Assembly (NCBI GenBank): GCA_951406725.2
Contig: OX597818.1
Span: 79,236,001 to 79,300,000, forward strand
Direction: 5' to 3'
Source of the DNA: Octopus vulgaris
Taxonomy: Eukaryota
DNA: 64,000 bases
Below the pieces are notes generated by a model. That model was not told the DNA's origin and did no database searches. It was given only the letters and a program-made list of their open reading frames with translations. Positions 55,287 to 64,000 of the stretch are shown piece after piece. The first letter of the stretch is position 1, and each line of letters opens with the position of its first letter. The position numbers were made by a program, and so were the translations under genes.

Positions 55287-55912
55287 TATGTGGGCACAGG
55301 ACGTCATGAAACCTGTACAAGAAAAAATGCGAAGTAGGTGTACATGGAATATGAAGCATTTTTTCGTACAGCGAAAGACACAAATGGAAAGCAAGACAAA
55401 CAATATAAAGAACGATCTTTCATCAGTTGTTGGCTGTTTTTCTACTCTCATATTTCGAGCATTTAACAGCAATATACGCTTTCGATTAAATAGTAGCTCC
55501 CGCAAAGAAAATTAAATAAAACTTAGCATTTCGGGGAGGGTCAAAATTGGTAACACAAACAAGACAGTGAAAACAAACAGGAAAGGTTATCAAGCCTATA
55601 CGAGGTTTGGTGTCGAACGCATAAATCAAGTTTGGACAGAAGACAAACAAGAACACATCTTCCTTGTTCCAGCTACAACGGAGAGAATGATGGCCGTTGT
55701 TCGCGTGGGAGCCACGTGAACAATGGAGGAGGAGGGAGGGAGAGAGAGTGACAGAGTAGTAGGATAGAATAGTGGGAGAGGAGGAGAATGTAAAAAAAAT
55801 AAGAGAGAGAGAAAGAGAAAAACGAATGAGTAAAAAGATCGTATAGAGTGCGATCAGAAATATTAAGATAAAACTTAATACGTATATGTACATATATCTA
55901 TATCTATATCTA

Positions 55913-56026
<114 letters not shown>

Positions 56027-56064
56027 TGCATATGTGGGCAGGCACAGGACGTCATGAATCGTGT

Positions 56065-56119
<55 letters not shown>

Positions 56120-56293
56120 TATAAATAATAGTTATCGCCATACTAATATGGCATTCTTATAAAAATAAGAATAAAGCTGTCCGCTTATTAGCTCCATGAG
56201 GCCATCGCCTTAAGTTAGCTATTTGATACACAAACTGTATCCATATAACCTTCGAACAAGGGAGGTCAGTCGCTCCACACTACTTGACCGACA

Positions 56294-56335
56294 GCTACAG
56301 ACGCGTTTCGGGGTATTGCCCCTTTTCAATGTAGC
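56294..56335 (-). ncRNA. Type I hammerhead ribozyme, U3-A8 variant core
   Basis: gcuaca-UUGAAAA-gggg-caaua-cccc-GAAACGCGUC-uguagc. Confidence 0.8.
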
Positions 56336-56655
56336 GTAGTCAGACCAGTAGGTGTCGCTTCTGACAATCTCTGTTCGAAGGTTTTATTTACCTAGCTTCG
56401 GTGGAATACATCCACTTGTTTTCAATAATAGAAATATTAAAATTACTAAGTCTCTCTAAAAGAGATCACGGCAGCGTTCCTGGAAAATAATAGTTATCGC
56501 CATACTAATATGACATGCTTATAAAAATAAGAATAAAGCTGTCCGCTTATTAGCTCCATGAGGCCATCGCCTTAAGTTAGCTATTTGATACACAAACTGT
56601 ATCCATATAACCTTCGAACAAGGGAGGTCAGTCGCTCCACACTACTTGACCGACA

Positions 56656-56697
56656 GCTACAGACGCGTTTCGGGGTATTGCCCCTTTTCAATGTAGC
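56656..56697 (-). ncRNA. Type I hammerhead ribozyme, U3-A8 variant core (second copy)
   Basis: Identical to 56294-56335. Confidence 0.8.
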
Positions 56698-57003
56698 GTA
56701 GTCAGACCAGTAGGTGTCGCTTCCGACAATCTCTGTTCGAAGGTTTTATTTAGCTGTCGGTCAAGTAGTGTGGAGCGACTGACCTCCCTTGTTCGAAGGT
56801 TATATGGATACAGTTTGTGTATCAAATAGCTAACTTAAGGCGATGGCCTCATGGAGCTAATAAGCGGACAGCTTTATTCTTATTTTTATAAGAATGCCAT
56901 ATTAGTATGGCGATAACTATTATTTTCCAGGAACGCTGCCGTGATCTCTTTTAGAGAGACTTAGTAATTTTAATATTTCTATTACATATATATACATATA
57001 TGT

Positions 57004-57113
<110 letters not shown>

Positions 57114-57214
57114 ACATAATACATACATAATTATGATAAAATCATTATCTAATGATTTATCAGTGGCCTGCATACTAAAGAGACCGTAATGGTTAGTTTA
57201 TATTAAAATTATCA

Positions 57215-57435
57215 TTAGCGTGTTGAGTGATTACAACACCAGTCTGCAAGAAATAGACCCCGAAAGGTCTGTGAGCCACTTAGATTAGACAGCGAGGATT
57301 TATAAAATATTATTTTATAAATCCTCGCTGTCTATTTTCCTCGCTTACAACCTTGTGTAATGAAGTAATATTGAGTTACATAAACCTTTTGGGGTATATA
57401 TCTAGCAGACTGGTGCGGTAATCATTCAACATCCT
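57215..57435. repeat. Nested inverted repeat with a perfect 49-bp central palindrome (57286-57334)
   Basis: tagacagcgaggatttataaaata-t-tattttataaatcctcgctgtcta; imperfect outer arms. Confidence 0.85.
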
Positions 57436-58086
57436 TATTATATATATATATCACCGTGATTACCGTGTTCACCGTGACCGACCAGGCTATCAGATGTTGC
57501 TACAGATCGTTGGTCACAATGCGCTTCGCATTGTTTTAGCCTTCAAATGACGCCACCCCGCTGGCTAAGCGAGCAGGCCGATTATATATATATATATAAA
57601 GACCCTCCATGATTGTTTTCGTTCGGTTTCCTTGTATGTCTCCACTGTCCTGTTTTTTGTTCCCAACTTAAATCCTAAATTTAATTTTAGAATTTATGAA
57701 GACTCATACTGCCGTTTAATGCCCGAAATGGAGAGCAGATAGCCGACGACTGATGAAGGGCCCTTTCTTTGTGTATACTTGTCCTAGTTGCCACTTTCTC
57801 TCTCGTTGTTTACATATTTCATGTTCTTTGCACAATTGTTGACGTCCTGTACCTATATATGTGTATGTGTGTGTGTGTCTATGTATGTATCTTTAATTAG
57901 AGAATACCTTAACCTCGTAAATGGATGGTTACATCCAAGGAAATACGGGTATTGTCGGGGTATGAAATACGCTGAAAACAGTAGGCATATATTAAGGATA
58001 TAGTTTATATACAGTTGAACGAAGAAAAGAAAATGGAGAGTTTGAAGTTAACAATCATTTATTATTAACAAATTGGTCATCTTAAC

Positions 58087-58182
58087 TTCTTACAGCAGTT
58101 TCAGTTAATATTCAATCATTTAAATACAACTTTGTACATTACATTTGTATCTACATGACACGAGCATAATTTCATCAGAGAA
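58087..58182 (-). ncRNA. Hammerhead motif with long stem II, degenerate
   Basis: uucu-CUGAUGA-aauua...uaacu-GAAACUGCUGUA-agaa. Confidence 0.45.
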
Positions 58183-58296
58183 AAAGTTGTACCTTGAGAT
58201 GTTGTATGCGGACCTATCGGTTCATTTCAGCTCAAATAAAAGTTATTTCCCCCAAAAGGCATCTCTACTTATAGATATATATAACGCAGACAATAT

Positions 58297-58351
<55 letters not shown>

Positions 58352-59253
58352 ACGTTATAGTCCACGTTATTCTGTACAAAACTCAATACGCTCGGTAAAG
58401 TGGTTAGATGTGTTCATTGTATCAAAATTTGGACCGTCTACGTATGTGATCCAGACTAAGGTGTTCTGCAACTTTTGGAATAATACGTATACACACATGC
58501 ACATGTGTGTGTAGTTTTATTCACATACATACATACATACATACATACATACATACATACATACATACATACATACATACATACATACAAACATACATAC
58601 ATACATACATACATACATACATACATACATACATACATACATACATACATACATACATACATACATGACTGCAAACTCGTGTTCTAGTATTGTCACAGTC
58701 TGATCAAAACTTCCACATATGTAAAGGCTACGCCCAGCTATTTTTGTGATAGGTCTTACATATTTTTCAAGCGATGCGTTTGTATGATTATTTTATGTCA
58801 GGTTGCTCTTAGGTGATACTGGTAACATGTAACACAGTACAACTTGTTTCATACTCGGGCTCGTCGGCGAATAAACTGGCATCATCATCAAGCTTGCTTG
58901 GTGAGAACCTGTCAAAAGCCAGAAAAGCTCACGAGCAGTCAACGGCCATCTAATGTGTACATGTGTATGTATGAATGTATGTATGCGCGGGGACGTGGAA
59001 ATACCTGGGTTGATTTCCAAGCGCGCGGTTGCCCCACTGAGAGTGGGAGACCCCCCTGTTGTTGTCACAAAATCTCTCTAGGAAAGGAAAACTGAGAGAA
59101 AACGTGCGACACTAATAATATTCAATGATGTAGACTGGGTTTTTTCGAGTCTATGTTGTCCATGTTCAGAGACTAGGATGATTCTATGTATGCATGATAC
59201 ATACATATAGACATACATACATACATACAAACATACATACATACATACATACA

Positions 59254-59287
<34 letters not shown>

Positions 59288-59394
59288 CATATATGCATGC
59301 ATGCGTGCATACATACATACATGCATACATACATACATACATGCATTCATACATAGCTCCCCTGTATGACCCTTCTGTCCGTCATTCGCCACGA

Positions 59395-59580
59395 TAGATC
59401 GGTAGTCACTACATACATTTTTTTCTCTCCTTGTTTCTTTCTGTGTTCCTTTCTGTGGAAGAGTGTAGGCTCGAAACGTTAAAGACTTTTTCAATTCCCA
59501 AGCGTTATACTAATACATCTGTTTGTTTTCTACACCACCTGTCTTCGTCTTTTGTTTTTTTGTTTGTTTTGTGAATTCCC
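59395..59580 (+). mobile_element. Hammerhead-like element (family B); motif at 59449-59484
   Basis: cuuu-CUGUGGA-a-gagu-guag-gcuc-GAAACGUU-aaag. Confidence 0.65.
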
Positions 59581-60399
59581 CCCATACATACATACATACA
59601 TACATATATATGATGTTCCGATTTAGCGTTTTAGTGCATATAGTTTCATATTTGTGAGTTTCCTCTTTTAATATTAGTTTGATGGCAGAGAATATTTATT
59701 GAAATCAATTTTAAATTCAAAAACATATTTAATAGATTTCTCTAGTGAAGAACCTCGAACGACTTCAATAAAAATAAACCTCTTCTGACAAATGTATAAT
59801 GATTATTGCAGTCACTAGAGAGGACTTTCCTGCGATGCTGGTTTATCTCTTCTGTTTATGATACGCAGGAAGCCAATAACGTGCTCAGGAATACAAGGTT
59901 GGTAGCATAAAATCAATTATTACCGCGCAAGTATAGGTGTGTTAAATCTGATTACATAGAACAGAGATCAAATGCAATCCTCACTTCAAACAACACGCAG
60001 GTTTAGTGAAGATATTAATTGTGAATTTATACGTGTGAAGTCGTTGGTAACAACAGAAGGGAAATGGCAAAAATTAATAAAATAAAAGCAGAAAATGAAA
60101 TTATAAAATAGGGTTATAAATTCATGGGTATGGGAAAATAACGATTTTCGAAAGATTACACCATGTCTTTGATAATATTGCTCCAGCCTGAGTCAAAAAC
60201 AGTAGGCAAAATAATTCTTCGCTATAAACGCCTGGTTATATTTGTATAGGAAATTGTAAAAATCAATGTTATATATGGAACATTGCACTTCAAAGGTGAT
60301 ATCAATATGTCATATAAGACCAATAAAATGACAGGAAGGATTCATTAGTTGTGAATAGTATTTGCTGAGTAAATATCAGAGTGGAAGGAGATATGGAAA

Positions 60400-61030
60400 T
60401 GCGGCGTCGGATGGTGTGTAGAATCAGTGTTTGTATGCATAGATGTAGAGAGAGATGGTGAGTAGAAATTGCTGTTAAGATGTGCATGGAAAGAATGTTA
60501 AGGGGGTGTAGAAATAGTTTTAGATAGTGTATAGAATATAGAAATAATGTTAGGAGGTGTGTAAGAACAGTGTTAGACGGTGTGTGGAAATAGTGTTAGG
60601 AGTCTCTAGAAAGAGTGTTGAAAGGATAGAATTAGCTTTGTCGGGTGAGGGATGTAGAAATAGTGTTAGACTATGATAATTATGTTAAAAGGTGTATAGC
60701 GATAGTTTTAGATGGTGTGTAGAAATAGTGTTAGGGTTGTATACAAAGAGCGTTGTATGGATAGAAATAGGCTTGGTGAGGGTGTAGAATAGTGTTAGAC
60801 AGTTTATAGACGATAGAAGTTATGTTAAAATGTATATAGCAATAGTGTTAGATGGTGCGTTGAAATAGTGTTGGTGAGAGTGTAGATTTAGCGTTAGATG
60901 GTGTGAAGGCGTTAGACAGTATATAGAGTTGATGCTAGGTGTGTGTAGAAATAGGTTAGGTAGTATATAGATATAGAGTGAGAAGGTGTGTATAGGTATA
61001 GAAATAATGTTAGGTAATGTGTAGAAGTAG
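60400..61030. repeat. Degenerate minisatellite (about 21-25 bp, gtgtagaaatagtgttaga-like)
   Basis: Recurrent tagaaatagtgttag motif. Confidence 0.75.
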
Positions 61031-62004
61031 AATTATATATTCTGTAATATATGTGCTGGTTTGTTACACAAAATGTTACATTTTCTATTAGCCAATATAC
61101 AGTGTAAAGAGATCTTCTTCTTCTTCTTCTTCTTCTTCTTCTTCTTCTTCTTCTTCTTCTTCTTCTCCTCCTCCTCCTCCTCCTCTATATCTTCAACACT
61201 TTGATTTCTTCATCTTGCTTTCCTTCGATTTTTCTTCTTTCCAAACTGTGCCAATTTACGTATTTGAGCTTCATTCTAGGCATTATGTAACAAGTGACTT
61301 CTAATATGTCTTTTCTTGCCCATACAGATATGAATTTAGAATTAGTTGAAACACTTTTGTGACATATTCTATTTTCTAACTGCAAAATCCATTGCGGTTG
61401 ACGTGGAGAAAAATTCTCTCTTCTATTAAGAGGTGTAAAAACACTATATCGGCTCAGTACTTTCCTCTAGAGGATTTTTTGATGCATGTTTCTGACTCTA
61501 TAGCGTTTCTCAATGGTAAATACAGAAGAGAGGTAACCCTGAGCAGATTTAAACTGTAGCTTTAACTAAAAAAACAGTCGACGTCAGTGACTGAGTTGTG
61601 CTAGTGAACCATCTGATCGGAATAAAATCAGAAGCATCAGCGCCACTCAGTGATTAAGAATAAATGAAGTTTATGTTTGTAACATATTTCGACTTCTGAA
61701 GGTCAATTCACTGCAGTTAAAAATGCTCTCCTATGGTTAAAAGTGTGAAAAATCACCAAATCTGCTCAGTGCTTCCCTATAGCGCATTTGCAGACATGTG
61801 TTTTTGGCACTTTATACTTCCTTAAAGGGGAATGCCGAAGTGAGAAAACCCTGGGCAGATGCAATGCTGTAACTTTAGCTAAAAAGCAGTCAGCATTATG
61901 TATGCTCTGTAATAATACATACATACATACATACATACATACATACATACATACATACATACATACATACATACATACATACATACATAAAATAAAATAA
62001 ATGC

Positions 62005-62250
62005 GCCCTTTTAAAGCCTAGCCAGGTTCATGGGCCCGTTTTCCCGGTTTCCATGGCGTATGTGTTTCCCAACTGGACGGGACGCCAGTCCATTGCAGCG
62101 TTACTCATCTTTGCCAGCTGAGTGGACTGGAGCAACGTGAAATGAAGTGTTTTGCTCAAGAACTCAACGCGTCGCCCGGTCGAGGAATCGAAACCACAAT
62201 CTTACGACCATGGTGCTGACACCCTAACCACTAAACCACGCGCTTCCACA
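62005..62250 (-). mobile_element. tRNA-derived SINE
   Basis: gtggaagcgcgtggtttagtggttagggtgtcagc...ggtttcgattcctcgaccggg...cttgagcaaaacacttc. Confidence 0.85.
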
Positions 62251-62265
62251 CATACATACATATAA

Positions 62266-62314
<49 letters not shown>

Positions 62315-62361
62315 TAAATGAAAGAATGGAATCGAACGAAGATGTTAACAAAATTCCTTTA

Positions 62362-62443
62362 CTCTCGACATATGTTTCGAAGACAACATGTTTTCATTCC
62401 AAAGGAATAAAGGGAACATTATGCAATCTTCTCATCAGGAAAG
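62362..62443 (-). ncRNA. Type I hammerhead ribozyme, long stem II
   Basis: cuuuc-CUGAUGA-gaaga...ucuuc-GAAACAUAUGUC-gagag. Confidence 0.75.
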
Positions 62444-62627
62444 AAAGGGAGCCTCTCTCGACAACAAGACAAACAAAAATTTCGATGACTGCCTACATGG
62501 TAAACAAAACGATAATGAGTGTTTTTTAAAAAAACGTTTTTATTAAAAAAACACTCATTATCGTTTTGTTTACCATGTAGGCAGTCATCGAAATTTTTGT
62601 TTGTCTTGTTGTCAAGATAGGCTCCTT

Positions 62628-62709
62628 CTTTCCCGATGAGAAGATTGCATAATGCACCCTTTAATCCTTCGGAATGAAAACATGTTGTCTTCGAAACATA
62701 TGTCGAAAG
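62628..62709 (+). ncRNA. Type I hammerhead, U4C mutant copy
   Basis: cuuuc-CCGAUGA-gaaga...ucuuc-GAAACAUAUGUC-gaaag. Confidence 0.6.
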
Positions 62710-62901
62710 TAAAGGAATTTTGTTAACATCTTCGTTCGACTCCATTCTTTCATTATTCATATACATAAATTTCTACACATGAATCCGGAGTTTCTACCCT
62801 TGGACAGGTCGCTCAACCGTGTTTCTGACGTGAATTTGCTACCCAGGTTTCGGTTAAACGAATTTTCCATGCTGACGATAAACATAGGATAATTCATTCA
62901 C

Positions 62902-62959
<58 letters not shown>

Positions 62960-63009
62960 ATATTTATATATACAGACAAACAAATAGGCAGACAAACAGA
63001 CAGACAGAC

Positions 63010-63050
<41 letters not shown>

Positions 63051-63069
63051 TAGAGAGAGAGAGACAGAG

Positions 63070-63169
<100 letters not shown>

Positions 63170-64000
63170 GGATGGATGGATGGATGGATAGATAGATGGA
63201 TAAATAGATAGATGTGAATGGACTACTACATATATGTGTATGTGCCTGTATGTGATTGTTTATTTGCATTTATGTTTGCATATCGTATGCATGCGCAATA
63301 TGCATATACACCGCTATCCATATATATATATATATATTAACAGATGCGACGAAAGCATAAAAACTATTCTTCCTCTTCTTATCCTCCGGTTAGTAGTCCA
63401 CACTTGATATCAACATCTTTTGCTATTTTATTTCTATATTTGTTTATGGCAAGACATTGGTCTTCTGCAGCTACTAGCAGACCATCTGTTTCTGTTTTTA
63501 CTCCAGAGCTTTTGAGCGATTATTGGCTTTCATTCTGGCTTTGTTCCTTTGTATTGATCATTACAGTGTATTGGCTCTGTGGGATGGTTTTCGTCTCTGG
63601 TCTCTTATATATATATTGCTTTCAATATATTTTGGAACTTCATTTTGATATTTTTTATTAGTTTTTCTAACATTTTCGCTTCTCTTGCTCCCCTATATTT
63701 TTTTACTTCTTTTAGTCTAGTGTCTCCTTACATATAGAGAAAATATTACTTTTTTCATTTTTAATTTGTTACCATCATCGTCGTCGTCGTCGTCATCATC
63801 ATCATCATCATCATCAACAATTGACTAGTTCGAACACGTTTCAAGACATTCTTCAAAAGAACGTCTGCTTGGAATAATTTTTTCTTCTATCCATACAGGT
63901 TACTGGCGAAAAATGAATTTTATTTTTAAGCAATATTTATACATCTGTTTACATATATTAGAAAATGGTTACGAGAGATAGATGAAATACGCTTTCACAG

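Larger units (their letters stand above)
56123..56984. mobile_element. Retrozyme/Penelope pLTR-like element: 1.7 tandem copies of a 362-bp unit plus a 234-bp inverted copy, inside (TA)n
   Basis: gttatcgcc at 56131 and 56493; 56751-56984 is the reverse complement of 56426-56659; only about 3 differences seen between tandem copies. Confidence 0.85.
62308..62763. repeat. About 455-bp near-perfect palindrome with one hammerhead per arm
   Basis: Centre aaaacgtttt at about 62535; arms match along their full length with scattered mismatches. Confidence 0.9.

Noticed and set aside
57721-57761. Type II hammerhead order (gcccGAAA...CTGATGAagggc)
   Set aside because: Stems I and III cannot be formed
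59820-60180. Possible MULE/FAR1-like remnant
   Set aside because: Resemblance too weak to support

Overview
AT-rich, microsatellite-saturated eukaryotic DNA. The SINE families and repeat landscape look like a cephalopod (Octopus-like) genome; this is inference. I found no intact host protein-coding gene: most listed ORFs are microsatellite artefacts or transposon remnants. The window holds decayed LINEs (RTE, R4/Dong-type RLE, CR1/Jockey-type, a CCHC ORF1), Penelope-like elements (GIY-YIG), Helitrons and a Helentron-associated element, Tc1/mariner and hAT remnants, and many tRNA-derived SINEs. The strongest unexplained signal is about 15 minimal type I hammerhead-ribozyme motifs (CUGANGA...GAAA + palindromic stem III + UH) between 26.5 and 62.7 kb. 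Most lie in short non-coding modules inserted in (TA)n tracts and often arranged as inverted or tandem copies. The best case is a young 362-bp tandem unit at 56123-56984 with a U3-A8 variant core and an inverted arm starting 2 nt from the predicted cleavage site (retrozyme / Penelope pseudo-LTR-like). All calls were made by eye; boundaries of decayed elements are approximate.
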